Positions 1 through 24,660 are shown, counted from the first letter of the stretch. The stretch: 64,000 nt of DNA from the human T2T-CHM13v2.0 reference genome, Homo sapiens (GCF_009914755.1 NC_060948.1); one strand, 5' to 3'. Made by a program: numbers and translations. Notes: a model not told the origin generated them from the sequence alone.

Positions 1-2143
1 TCCGGGCAAGTGGGTCACCGCCTTCGGTGGAAGGTACCATTCCCAGGCAAGTGGGTCACCGCCTTCAACAGAAGGTACCATTCCCGGCAAGTGGGTCACC
101 GCCTTTGGTGGAAGGTACCATTCCCGGCAAGTGGCTCACCGCCTTCAATGGAAGGTACCATTCCCAGGCACGTGGGTCACCGCCTTCGGTGGAAGGTACC
201 ATTCCCGGCAAGTGGCTCACCGCCTTCAACGGAAGGTACCATTTCCGGGCAAATGGGTCACCGCCTTCAATGGAAGGTACCATTTCCGGCAAGTGGGTCA
301 CCGCCTTCAATGGAAGGTACCATTGCCGGGCAAATGGGTCACTGCCTTAGGTGGAAGATACCATTTCCGGGCAAGTGGGTCACCGCCTTCAATGGAAGGT
401 ACCATTTCCGGCAAGTGGGTCACCACCTTCAATGGAAGGTACCATTCCCAGGCAAGTGGGTCACCGCCTTCAATGGAAGGTACCATTTCCGGGCAAGTGG
501 GTCACGGCCTTTGGTGGAAGGTACCATTTCCGGGCAAGTGGGTCACCGCCTTCAATGGAAGGTACCATTCCCCGGGCAAGTGGGTCACCACCTTCGGTGG
601 AAGGTACCATTCCCGGGCAAGTGGCTCACTGCCTTCAAATGGAAGGTACCATTTCCGGGCAAGGGGGTCACTGCCTTCGGTGGAAGGTACCATTCCCAGG
701 CAAGTGGGTCACCGCCTTCAATGGAAGGTACCATTCCCAGGCACGTGGGTCACCGCCTTCAATGGAAGGTACCATTCCCAGGCACGTGGGTCACCGCCTT
801 CGGTGGAAGGTACCATTCCCAGGCACGTGGGTCACCGCCTTCGGTGGAAGGTACCATTCCCAGGCACGTGGGTCACCGCCTTCGGTGGAAGGTACCATTC
901 CCAGGCAAGTGGGTCACCGCCTTCAATGGAAGGTACCATTCCCAGGCACGTGGGTCACCGCCTTCAATGGAAGGTACCATTCCCAGGCAAGTGGGTCACC
1001 GCCTTAGGTGGAAGGTACCATTCCCAGGCAAGTGGGTCACCACCTTCAATGGAAGGTACCATTCCCAGGCAAGTGGGTCACCGCCTTCAATGGAAGGTAC
1101 CATTCCCAGGCAAGTGGGTCACCGCCTTAGGTGGAAGGTACCATTCCCAGGCAAGTGGGTCACTGCCTTCAATGGAAGGTACCATTCCCAGGCACGTGGG
1201 TCACTGCCTTCAATGGAAGGTACCATTCCCGGGCAAATGGGTCACCGCCTTCAATGGAAGGTACCATTCCCAGGCACGTGGGTCACCGCCTTCGGTGGAA
1301 GGTACCATTCCCAGGCAAGTGGGTCACCACCTTCAATGGAAGGTACCATTACCAGGCAAGTGGGTCACCGCCTTTGGTGGAAAGTACCATTCCCGGGCAA
1401 ATGGGTCACTGCCTTTGGTGGAAGGTACCATTTCCGGGCAAGTGGGTCACCGCCTTCGGTGGAAGGTACCATTTCCGGGCAAGTGGGTCACCGCCTTCGG
1501 TGGAAGGTACCATTCCCGGGCAAGTGGGTCACCGCCTTCAATGGAAGGTACCATTTCCGGGCAAATGGGTCACCGCCTTTGGTGGAAGGTACCATTTCCG
1601 GGCAAGTGGGTCACCGCCTTCAATGGAAGGTACCATTCCCAGGCAAGTGGGTCACCGCCTTCAATGGAAGGTACCATTTCCGGGCAAGTGGGTCACGGCC
1701 TTTGGTGGAAGGTACCATTTCCGGGCAAGTGGGTCACCGCCTTCAATGGAAGGTACCATTCCCAGGCAAGTGGGTCACCGCTTTCAATGGAAGGTACCAT
1801 TCCTAGGCACGTGGGTCACCGCCTTCAATGGAAGGTACCATTCCCAGGCACGTGGGTCACCGCCTTCGGTGGAAGGTACCATTCCCAGGCAAGTGGGTCA
1901 CCGCCTTCAATGGAAGGTACCATTTCCGGGCAAATGGGTCACCGCCTTTGGTGGAAGGTACCATTTCCGGGCAAGTGGGTCACCGCCTTCAATGGAAGGT
2001 ACCATTGCTGGGAAAATGGGTCACTGCCTTGGGTGGAAGGTACCATTTCCAGACAAGTGGGTCACCGCCTTTGGTGGAATGTACCATTCCTGGGCAAGTG
2101 GGTCACCGCCTTGGGTGGAAGGTACCATTTCCGGGCAAGTGGG
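1..2143. repeat. 41-bp (some 40-bp) GC-rich minisatellite/VNTR, ~52 units visible, truncated by the window start
   Basis: Unit GGGTCACCGCCTTC(AAT/GGT)GGAAGGTACCATT(C/T)CC(A/G)GGCA(A/C)GT; AATGG recurs at 720 and 761 (period 41); units become more degenerate near 2000-2143. Confidence 0.97.
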
Positions 2144-2164
2144 ACCCCACTGTGGGATCTTACC

Positions 2165-2636
2165 TGTCAGGCCTCTGAGCTGAAGCTCAGCCATTATCAC
2201 TCCTGTGACCTGCACATATACATCCAGGTGGCCTGCAGGAGCCAAGAATTCTGGAGCAGCCAAAGAAAAAAACTACAAAGAAGTAAAACAGCCAGTTCCT
2301 GCCTTAACTGATTAACTAAAATTACAATATTTTACTATTGTGACTTGTCCCTGCCCCAGTTTAGCTGATCAATCAACTCTGTGACATTCTTCTTCTGGAC
2401 AATCAGTCTTATGATCTCTCCACCATGCACCTTGTAACCCCCTCTTCTGCTGACGATAGATAACCACCTTTTGCTGTAATTTTCCATTACCTACCCAGCT
2501 CCTGTAAAGCCACACCTTCCCCATCTCCCTTCGCTGACTCTCTTTTCGGACTCAGCCCACTTGCACCCAAGTGAATACACAGCTTTATTGCTCACACAAA
2601 GCCTGTTTGGTGGTCCCTTCACGGACGCGCGTGACA
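2165..2636 (+). mobile_element. Solo HERV-H LTR (LTR7 family, LTR7C-like), 472 bp
   Basis: Starts TGTCAGGCCTCTGAGC and ends GCCTGTTTGGTGGTCCCTTCACGGACGCGCGTGACA, matching recalled LTR7 termini; imperfect flanks CTTAC(C)/CTTAT. Confidence 0.88.
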
Positions 2637-3699
2637 CTTATCCAGCGGTACTTCCTGCAGAACCCTGACCTTTTACAAAAATCCACCAATTCAAAATGTA
2701 TTGTGTGGATGGCTTCAGGATGGAAGCAGTCTCCACTCCTAAGCTTTGGGGGAGGAAGGGCTGAAAGTGATCGCTTAAGCCCCCTCTACCCCATCCAGCT
2801 TTCCCTTATAAATGAGATCCTATGCAGAGTTGGATAAGCTGTTACAGATCCACGGGTGCACACGCCTTTACCTGGAGCTATTGCATGTAAATTGTAAGGT
2901 TTTATTTAATTTTACAGGAAGGCCCTTCTTTTTCCTTTGCTTTCTTTTCTTTTTGTTTTGTTTTGTTTTTCTCTCTAGCTTATCATTCATACTGACAGAT
3001 CCTGATATCTACAGTGACTTGGGGAATTTTCAAAGGACAGCGCTAAAACCTCTGCTTGGGAGGCAGGTCGGGGTGTCAGTGACTAATGTGGTTTGCAAGC
3101 AAACGCCTGGAGGGGCAGGGCTCTGACTGCAGTCTCCGTGTCTGTGCCCTTGGACAGAGGCTCAACCCCCGCGTCCGGGACTTTGAAGTTAGAAATGATA
3201 TGTCCGTGTGAAAGTCGCTAAATTAATTTCCGAGGGACCGGCAAACACTGCGGGGCAGCTGATATGAAATTGGAAGGGATTTGAAATGGAAATCCAAGAA
3301 GGAGAGCCGCGGGGGGAGTGGGGATGGAGGAGGGGAGAGGAATCATCACAGCAAGGGAGGGAAAGAGAGGAGCAGGAAAATGCAGAGGCGGGGCGCAGCT
3401 GATTTTCACCAACAGACTGTTTTGCGAGCTCTCCTTCCATGCAAGGAGATCTTGTGTGTTTGTGTCCTGATAGACTTCAGTGCTGGACCATATTAAGGAC
3501 AAGGAGAAACTCAGGCCATAGTAAGAAATGTCCGGCGTCTGGGGCAATTTCTTCTAAACTGGATGAGCCCATTTGGAGGACTGCTTGGGCCCAGGAGTTT
3601 GAGACCAGCCTGGGCAATACAGCAAGACCCTGTATCTACAAAACGGAGCCTCTTAAACGTGCATTACAGCCACCTGGACAGGGTGGGATTTGGGAGGCA

Positions 3700-4215
<516 letters not shown>

Positions 4216-4700
4216 AGGTAATTTTTATTAATAATGGTTTTGAGCATCCAATGTCCCATTTGGTTATAGATAGAGGAATGGCAGAGTATGAATAGGGTGA
4301 TGTGGTTACTCTGTTGAAAACGCTAAGAACCACCTTTCTGGGAATTGTGGAGGGTAGGTAATTGCAACTGTCTTCTATCTTCTAGGTGCTATGTCTGTGG
4401 ACACACCCTAGGATATATTTTCTTCTCTGTCTTTCCAATCGAGTCCACATAAACACAAGGCAAGAATCTTAGATGGGAAAATAAGGAAAAAGCAACCAGT
4501 GACCTGAGGCAGGGGTAAAGAAAGGAGAGCGACTTCCTTGGAGTTGGCGTTCATTTTGCAGAGTAAAAGCAGTGTGCAATTTTTCTAAGCACTCGTGGGT
4601 CCAAACACCATCTCCTTCTTTCCAAAAGGAATATCTTCCCATCCACAGGAAGGCAAGAAAAAGGAGTGGACCATTGTTTCAGGTAAAAACTTGGCTGCAT

Positions 4701-5672
4701 GTTTTGAGAAGTGTCTGTTCCTATCCTTTGCCCATTTTTTGATGGGGTTGTTTATTTTTTGTTGTTGTTGTAAATTTATTTAAGTTCCTTGTAGATTCTG
4801 GATATTACACCTTTGTCAGGTGGATAGGTTGCAAAAATTTTCTCCCATTCTGTAGGTTGCCTGTGCGGCCAACAAACATATGAAAAAAAAAGCTAATCAT
4901 CGCTGGTTATTAGAGAAATGCAAATCAAAACCACAATGAGATACCATCTCAGGCCCGTTAGAATGGCAATTATTAAAAAATCAGGAAAAAACACATGCTG
5001 GCAAGGCTGTAGAGAAATAGGAACGCTTTTACACTGTTGCTGGACATGTAAATTAGTTCAACCATTGTGGAAGACAGTGTGGCGATTCCTCAAGGATCTA
5101 GAACCAGAAATACTATTTGACGCAGCAATCCCATTACTGTGTATATACCCAAAGGATTATAAATCATTTTACTATAAAAACGCATGCACACATATGTTTA
5201 CTGCAGCACTATTCACAATAGCAAAGACTTGGAACCAACCCAAATGCCCATCAATGATAGACTGAATAAAGAAAATGTGGCACATAGACACCATGGAATA
5301 CTATGCAGTCATAAAAAAGGATGAGTTCATGTCCTTTGCAGGGACATGGATGAAACTGGAAACCATCATTCTCAGCAAACTAACACAAGAACAGAAAACC
5401 AAACACCTCATGTTCTCACTCATAAATGGGAGTTGAACAACGAGAACACATGGACGCAAGGAGGGGAACATCACACACCGGGGCCTGCTGGGGGTTGGGG
5501 GGCAAGGGGAGCGAGAGCATTAGAACAAATGCCTAATGCATGCAGGGCTTAAAACCTAGATGACGGATTGATGGGTACAGCAAATCACCATGGCACATGT
5601 ATAGCTATGCAACAAACCTCCACGTTCTGCACATGTATCCCAGAACTTAAAGTAAAAAAAAAACAAAAAAAA
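4701..5672 (+). mobile_element. 5'-truncated, 5'-inverted L1PA (about L1PA7-10); ORF2 C-terminal remnant plus 3' UTR and poly(A)
   Basis: 4701-4864 is antisense L1; 4865-5672 is sense L1 (ORF 4918-5265 [11 protein letters not shown]...CWQGC...[16 protein letters not shown] matches the L1 ORF2 Cys-rich C-terminus); TSD AAAAACTT(GG/AA)CTGCAT at 4685-4700 and 5668-5683. Confidence 0.93.
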
Positions 5673-5683
5673 CTTAACTGCAT

Positions 5684-6790
<1,107 letters not shown>

Positions 6791-7617
6791 TACACCTGCA
6801 TTCAAAACGTGCTACTTGAGAGAGAGCATACAAAGTCAGCCTTAGGGTTAGGAACTAAATATTGGAAGTGCTGTCTGCATTTCTTTATATGTCATGGTTT
6901 TAAAAGGTTTATCTATGTGTGGTGCAGCATCAGGGGCATCCATGATGGGCACGTATAACATCTGCACACCTGCAGATGTGCACTGGGGTACAGGCTAGAA
7001 TGCTTTGCTCACAAAGGTGTGCACCAAACCTGGGAGCCTGCAGGTGTGGCCAGCACCCCACACCTAACTCTCACCAACTGGTCCAGAATCTAGCTGAGAA
7101 TCTAGCTGAATCTAGCAGAATCTAGCTCCAGAATTGAGCTGAAAGTGCTGCCGAAATGTTTTGATTGGAGAAAGGCCAGGCATGTAATTGTCACTGGGTG
7201 CTTGACAAAGGCCAGCCCTGATGTCTTCCATCCCCAAGTCACTTTCCCCAGAGTAGGTATGGAATTGGCTCTATGCAGATGTGGGAACTGCTTCTTACAG
7301 AGGGATGGTGGATCCCGGCCAGCATGGATGCTAGCAGGTGGAGGCCGGTGGGATGTTCACACGCACCAGCTTCTCCTCTACGCCTCTGCATCCCAGACCC
7401 TGGGAGATACCCAGATTCCTGCCCCTCCGCACTTGGACAGGGAGAAACCTCTCCTTTGAAGATGAAGCAGTGGTGCTCAGGGGCTGCTGTGGATCTCAGG
7501 GGTGTTTTCTTTGTTCTTGTTTTGGTCTGGAAGAGAGTGATAACTCACTTGGAATTTTAATGTGTTCTGTAGTTATGCAAGTCTAAAATCTTGCGCATAT
7601 AGTTTTAAATGTCTGTC

Positions 7618-7846
7618 ACGGTTGGTTCTTCAAAGGGAGTGATTCGGACCTCCCAGGGCTTATCTGGAAATGTCTGCAGACATTTTCAGTTGTCACAAGG
7701 GAGGTGGAGGAGATAGGTGCTCCTGGCCCCTGATGGGTGGAGCTCGGGGACGCTGCTCAACACCCAACCGTGCACAGGATGGACGGCCCCACCACAAAGA
7801 GTCATGCACCACCAAATATTGGCAGCACTGAGGCTGAAAAAGACTG
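7618..7846 (+). mobile_element. MER20 (hAT-Charlie) DNA transposon relic
   Basis: GGAAATGTCTGCAGACATTTTCAGTTGTCACA...TGCACAGGA...GCACTGAGGCTGAAAAAGACTG. Confidence 0.75.
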
Positions 7847-7929
7847 TTAGCATGACTGACCCTCTCTCTCACATTGCTCCTTCTCTCTTCTCCCTTTTCC
7901 CCTCCTTCCTTCCTTCACCCATCTCTCTG

Positions 7930-8750
7930 TGTATCAATCTATAGCTCTCTTTCCCTTAACCTCTCTCTAATCAATCTATCTACCCATCCATCTATCATCT
8001 ATCTAGTCCATCCATCCATGCATCCATCATGTATCTGTCTATCCATCCATCCATCCATCATCTATCAATCCATCCGTCTATCATCTATGTATCTAGTCTG
8101 TTTATCATCTATCTATCATCTATCTATCTACACATCTATCTATCACGTACCCATCTGTGCCTCTGTATCCGACACCAAGAGAGATGCCCAGCTTCCCGCC
8201 TGTTGGCACTCAATGATAGAGAGGACAGGCTGGGAAACCTCTGTCTTCTATCTATTACCTAGGTATCTGTGTATCTATCCATCCATCCACCCACCCACCC
8301 ACCCACCCACCCACCCATCCATCCATCCATCCACCCACCCACCCACCTATCTATCCACCTATTTATCTACTCTATGTATTTATCTATCTATCTTGCTATC
8401 ATCTATCTATTTATCTATCCAGGTATCCATCAATCTATCCATCGATCTATCCATCCATCTATATAATCTGTCTATCTATCTACTCTGTATTTATTTATGT
8501 AGCTAGCTGTCATCTATCTATTTATCTATCTCCCTATCTATATCTATTTATCCACTTACTTACCCATCCATCCATCCATTTCTCTATCATGTATCTATCT
8601 ATCCATCCATCATCTGTCTACCTACCTATCTACACATCCATCTGTCTCTAATCCATCTATCATCTATCTTCCTGCCTATCTACCCATCCTTCTATTTATC
8701 TATTATCTATCTATCTATCTATCATCTATCTCTAATCCATCTATCATCTA
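7930..8750. repeat. Compound (TCTA)n/(TCCA)n/(CCCA)n simple repeat with a ~100-bp unique insert at ~8150-8245
   Basis: Direct reading. Confidence 0.92.
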
Positions 8751-8752
8751 TG

Positions 8753-8960
8753 GCAGTGGTTTGCAACCAGGCACAACTGTACTTCCCACAGGACCCTTGC
8801 TGATGTCTGGAGATGTATTTGGTCATCTTGACTCCGGGGTGGAGGGTGTGCTTCTGGCATCTCCTGGGTAGAGGCCACCAGGGATGTTGGTAAATGCCCT
8901 GTAGTGCACAGGATGGCCCCGCCATAGGTAATCATCCAGCCCCAAACACCAGCACTCCCC
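8753..8960 (+). mobile_element. Second MER20 relic
   Basis: CAGTGGTTTGCAACC...ATGTCTGGAGATGTATTTGGTCATC...TGGCATCTCCTGGGTAGAGGCCA...TGCACAGGA. Confidence 0.75.
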
Positions 8961-9875
8961 AGATGGCAGATACTTTGAGTAGCCAATCATGTCATCCCAC
9001 AAACGTTACACATTTTTACACATTCATGAAAGGAATTTGTGAAAAAGCCGAGGTCTAGGTGCCTGTCCACTTGCTGCTGTTTACTGCTCCGTCCTGGCCT
9101 CCGGCGAGTAGTTTATACACTCTCTGAAATGCATCCATTCCTTTGATATATTAATGCTTCATTCACCCCTTTCCAAGCAGAAAGCTGCCGTTAGTCCTGC
9201 CTGGTGACTCTTTCTGTCACTTCTTCAGGGGAATTATTCTGCATATATAACTTAACCGTGAGCCGTCTGTCCTAGCACCTAAGGCATATTCTGTAAGCAA
9301 TCCTTGTACCGTTGGCAGCTGCCTGAGTGCTGTCAATCATCCGGGACACTTCTACGACTTCCTCCAGCCACAGGAAGGGCGCACCACAATTTATGCCGCC
9401 TCCTTGGAGGCCCTGAATTCTAAAACATCGAATGCTATATTTTTTACCCTGCTTTGCCACTTATAAAAATTTCCACGGCTAGAATTTCAAAGACTTGCAG
9501 AAATTGAAGAAACCGAATTGGATCAATTCATTTCCATTTTTTTGAAGGTTGCTAGGAACACTTCACCAACTCCTTCTCCCTTATCCTTTAGAAAGAGGGT
9601 GCTGGAGCTTTCAACGAAGCAGGACTTTTGCTAGAAATGAGCTTTAAAATCTGCTTGCCTGGGTCACGATACCTGAAGGTCAAAGAAGAAAGTGAAGCCA
9701 CATGAAAGTCATTTATATTCCAATCTGTGGTCTGGGTTACTTTAAGACCAACCCAGGAGATGGGGGAAGGAGGCTTGGCTCTCAACCAGGAAAAATTGTG
9801 AGATTATATTGCCTAGATGTTACATGTTTATACATTGAGAAGGGTAAAAAGCAGCATCGTAGGAAGACAGGCTAA

Positions 9876-10197
<322 letters not shown>

Positions 10198-10404
10198 TAT
10201 AGCTATCTTTTTCTTTCTGGGGCATTGACTTGACATGGAAATTAACTGTTTGACAGGAGTCTTCCACAACTTAATGTCTAAAGGTCAAGATATGATTCTG
10301 TGGAGTATGTCTCAAAAGCCCTGTCCGAGGTACCCAGTATTGGAACATTCCGGATGAAAATACAGTCATGTGTCATTTTTTCTTTCTTTCTTTTTTTTTT
10401 TTGA

Positions 10405-10509
<105 letters not shown>

Positions 10510-10855
10510 TGAGTACCTGGCATTACAGGCACCCACCAGCACGCCCAGCTAATTTTTTGTATTTTTAGTTTAGACGAGTTGTCGCCATGTTGGCCAGGCT
10601 GGTCTCAAACTCCTGACCTCAGGTGACCTGCCCGCTTCGGCCTCCCAAAGTGTTGGGATGACAGGCATGAGCCATGGCGCCCGGCCATGTGTTGCTTAAC
10701 GATGGGGATACATTCTGGGAAATGTGTGATCGGGGGATTTCATCGCTGTGCAAAAATTGTAGAGCACACTCGCACAAACCTAGGTGGTATAGCCTACCAC
10801 ACACCTAGGCTGTGTGGTACTGCTCATTGCCCTTAGACTGCAAACCAAATTCCAG

Positions 10856-12691
<1,836 letters not shown>

Positions 12692-13074
12692 ACAGCATAT
12701 GACTGTACTGAATGCTGTAGGTAACTGTAACACAATGGTAAATATTTGTGTATTTAATCGTATCTAAACGTAGAAAAGGCACAGTAAAAATACAATATGA
12801 TAGTCTTATGTAATCTTATCTTAATCTTATGTCATGTTACCTTATGTCATCTTAACACACTGCATATGCTAATATGCAGTCCAGTAGGCCATTCTTGCAT
12901 TGCTCTAAAGAAATATCTGAGGCGGGGTAATTGATGGGGTGGACAACCATACTGTCCTGTGGTCTAGTGGGCGGGGACCTGGGGGCCATCAGTGGCTGTA
13001 GGACTTTTTTACCCCTCTGTTTCCTGGCCTAAATATGTGATGGGTATGCTTCACCTTAAGTGGTAAGAGGTTTG

Positions 13075-14062
<988 letters not shown>

Positions 14063-14352
14063 AGTGGAGAGGTTTAAATGAAATGGTGCTGGAAATATCC
14101 TGGCATAAAATAAGGGCGTCATGGGTAGAAGCAAAGCCTTCTTGAAAACAGAAACCATATCTGCATTGATTATTTTCAAGGAGACTGAACCAAAAAATAA
14201 CTCAGCTTGAGGACTGGCCCGTCTCTGTGACAGCCTGGCCGTCGTAACTCATGCCTCAATCCCTGGCACACACCGGTAAGCCCAGTGCTTTCGGAGGCCA
14301 AAGCAAGAGGATGGCTTGAGTTCGGGAGTTTGCAACCAGCCTGGGCAACACA

Positions 14353-14600
14353 GTGAGATCCCCATCTCTGCTAAAAATAAACATTAAAAAATGTTTTTAT
14401 GTTTTGAGATAGGGTGTGGTGGTGTGCACCTGTAGATGTAGTGAGATCTCCGTCTCTGCTAAAAATAAACATTAAAGTTTTATGTTTGAGATAGGGTGTG
14501 GTGGTGTGCACCTGTAGATGTAGTGAGATCCCCATCTCTGCTAAAAATAAACTTTAAAAAATGTTTTTATGTTTTGAGATAGTGTGTGGTGATGTGCACC
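14353..14600. repeat. ~85-bp tandem triplication inside an AluJ/FLAM remnant
   Basis: GTGAGATC..C.TCTCTGCTAAAAATAAAC...TTTGAGATAG.GTGTGGTG.TGTGCACC occurs three times. Confidence 0.85.
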
Positions 14601-14603
14601 TTC

Positions 14604-14975
14604 AGAATCAAAGAGTATCTTCCAGGGTCTTCCCTCCCCTGAAGGTTAATTCGTAGGCAGACGAATCAGGTATTGATCCCTGTCCTTGGAATAATCACGA
14701 TGATGTTCAGGATTCATGAGGATTCATAGAACCAAAGAGCCTCTTCCAGGGTCATCCCTCTCCTGAAGGTTAATCCATAGACAGATGAATCAGGTATTGA
14801 TCCCTGTTCTTGGAATAATCTAGAGGATCTTTGCAATTCATTAGGATTCATAGAACCAAAGATCCCCTTCCAGGATGGTCCTTCTCCTGAAGGTTAATCC
14901 ATAGGCAGATGAATCGGATATTGATTCCTGTTCTTGGAATAATCTAGAGGATCTTTAGAATCCATTGGGATTCAT
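14604..14975. repeat. 124-bp tandem repeat, 3 diverged copies
   Basis: GAAGGTTAAT at 14641, 14765 and 14889. Confidence 0.88.
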
Positions 14976-15289
14976 AATCACAGCTATGCCGATGCCATCA
15001 TCACCGGCTTAGCCCTTTCTGAAAACACAGTCATCATCTACCCCCATTGGAATCACGATGCAAAAAACCTGTCCCAAAGCGGTGGTTTCCTATGTGATTC
15101 TTGCATCCAGGACAAATGACAGTCAGCAGAGAGGCGCCCTGTTCCATCTTTTGGTTTGATCCAGTTAAAGGCACACACGTGAGCACCCAACGTTTGCCAA
15201 CTCAGCACTGGGCAGAGCCTGGCCTCTGAGGAAATTGGCATCTTCGTAATCAATATATTATTATGTTTTATTGAAATGTAAGTCATTGC

Positions 15290-17560
<2,271 letters not shown>

Positions 17561-18344
17561 AGCAACATGCATTGGTACATCTCAACTTTTGGGCTTACCT
17601 CTACCCTGGAAATAACGAGGCAGTAATATGCGTCGTGCCTCTATGTGTTGAATCCACAAGATGATATGATCATCATCTACCCCATTAGACGACTGGGTGG
17701 CCGACGGCAATCACAGGCCGCCCTGGCCTGGTGTCCTGGTAACTCGAACACCATGAGTCCTCTCCTGTCCTCTGATTTCCCCAAATGGTGATGAAACGCA
17801 GCCAGTCCAATCGTCTCTCTGTTAACGCAGTGTTTTTTTTTTTTGACTGGAAAATCAATCCTTTGTATTTATGTGTAAGCCGAGTTAAGTGCTACGCTCA
17901 GGTGAATCGTAAACAGGTTTTTTGTCTTTGTGGCCATCTGGGTCCCACACTCATGAGTCATGTGGGTCAGGGGTGTGTTCTCTGCTAGGTAGCATTGCCC
18001 TGTACTCTGCGACGAGTCGAAATCCCAGGCTTCCCCCAACCAAATGCCAGTGGAGGCACTTGATTCTTTTGCCCACCCAGCAACCCACCCACCCCCAACT
18101 TCCCATATGCTCTGCAGAGAACAGCCAGCCCCCCTCACCACATATCGAGAAAAAACACCAGATCATCAGGACAATTTCATGGAACCAAACCTCCCACTGC
18201 AGCCAAACTCACATAGAAAACATCCTTTGCAGCCTGAAAACCCTTTTAGGACCTTTCTGTCACTGAGTCTTATAAACCTATAAAGATTCATTGAACAGAA
18301 CCAGAGACTCAGGCTCCCGGAAAAGCTTGACAAAGTCACGCAGT

Positions 18345-21511
<3,167 letters not shown>

Positions 21512-21590
21512 TTAAAGGGAACCAGTGGAAAGGGAAATAGATGAAAGAACAATCAGGAAGAGAAACTGAACAAATGGAACAAAAACATCG

Positions 21591-22880
<1,290 letters not shown>

Positions 22881-23186
22881 TCAGATTGTATCAATGTCTG
22901 TATCTGGTTGAGCGATTTACTGGAGTTTTGCAAGATGTTCTAATTGCAGGAAGGTTGGTAAAGGTACATGGGATGACTCTGTACTACCTCTTACAACTGC
23001 ATGTGAATTTACACATCTTTGCATACAATTTATGTGTTAGTTCAGGCTGCTGGGATAAAACACCATAGAGTCGGAAGCTTAAACTGTTAACATTCCTGTA
23101 TCCCACTTCTGGAGGCTGGAGGTCTGAGACAAGGGTGCCAGTATGGTTGGTTCCTGGTGAGAACTCTCTTCTTGGCCTCCTTTTTC

Positions 23187-23639
23187 TTTGTTTTTAATTT
23201 TTTTTTTATTATACTTTAAGTTCTGGGGTACATGTGCAGAACGTGCAGGTTTGTTACGTAGGTATACACGTGCCATGGTGGTTTGCTGCACCCATCAACC
23301 TGTCATCTACATTAGGTATTTCTCCTAATGCTCTCCCTCCCCTATCCCCCCACCCCCCGACAGGCCCTGGTGTGTGATGTTCCCCTCCTTGTGTCCATGT
23401 GTTCTCATTGTTCAACTTCCACTGATGAGTGAGAACATGCCGTGTTTGGTTTTCTGTTCTTGTGTTAGTTTGCTGAGAATGATGGTTTCCAGCTTCATCC
23501 CTGTCCCTGCAAAGGACATGAACTCATTCTTTTTTCTGGCTGCATAGTATTCCATAGTGCATATGTGCCACATTTTCTTTATCCAGTCTATCATTGATGG
23601 GCATTTGGGTTGGTCCCAAGTCTTTGCTATTGTGAACAG
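23187..23639 (-). mobile_element. 5'-truncated L1PA 3' end inserted in an antisense MLT1A/B LTR (~23033-23872)
   Basis: TTATTATACTTTAAGTTCTGGGGTACATGTGCAG...GCTATTGTGAACAG; flanks TTGGCCTCCTTTTTC / TTGGCTGCCTTTTTC. Confidence 0.88.
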
Positions 23640-24004
23640 TTGGCTGCCTTTTTCCTGTGTGCTCACAAGGCAGTGGGACAGTGAGCTCACTCTGAGCTCA
23701 TCATCCTTTTATAAGGGCAGGAATCTCATGCATGAGGCTCCATCCCTCATTAGGCTCCACCCTCATGACACCATCACCTCCCAAAGCCTCCACTTCCTAA
23801 CGCCATCCCCTTGGGGGGGTGACAATTTCTACAAAAGAATTTGGAAGGACACCAATGTTCGGTCGATAGCATAGTCAATAAAAATAGGAGATGATATAAA
23901 AAGATGTTAATATCTAATTGTCAGTGGATTTGTGAACTATCTGATGGTAAATATCAGATAAAAGATAGTTAAGGATAGAACATCAAAGAACCAAAGCTAA
24001 ATCT

Positions 24005-24660
<656 letters not shown>

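Noticed and set aside
1-2143. CRISPR-like appearance (palindromic ~40-bp repeats)
   Set aside because: Repeats are contiguous with no unique spacers, there are no cas genes, and the context is primate DNA.
10-2311. Long ORFs (598, 726, 350 aa) in all three + frames
   Set aside because: The 41-bp unit lacks stop codons and its length is not a multiple of 3, so all frames cycle through the same peptides; there is no sign of a gene.
4918-5265. 115-aa ORF with genuine protein homology
   Set aside because: It is the C-terminal remnant of L1 ORF2 in a truncated, inverted element and is not an independent gene.
7084-7142. Short GAATCTAGC(T) repeats
   Set aside because: A small slippage repeat with no further supporting structure.
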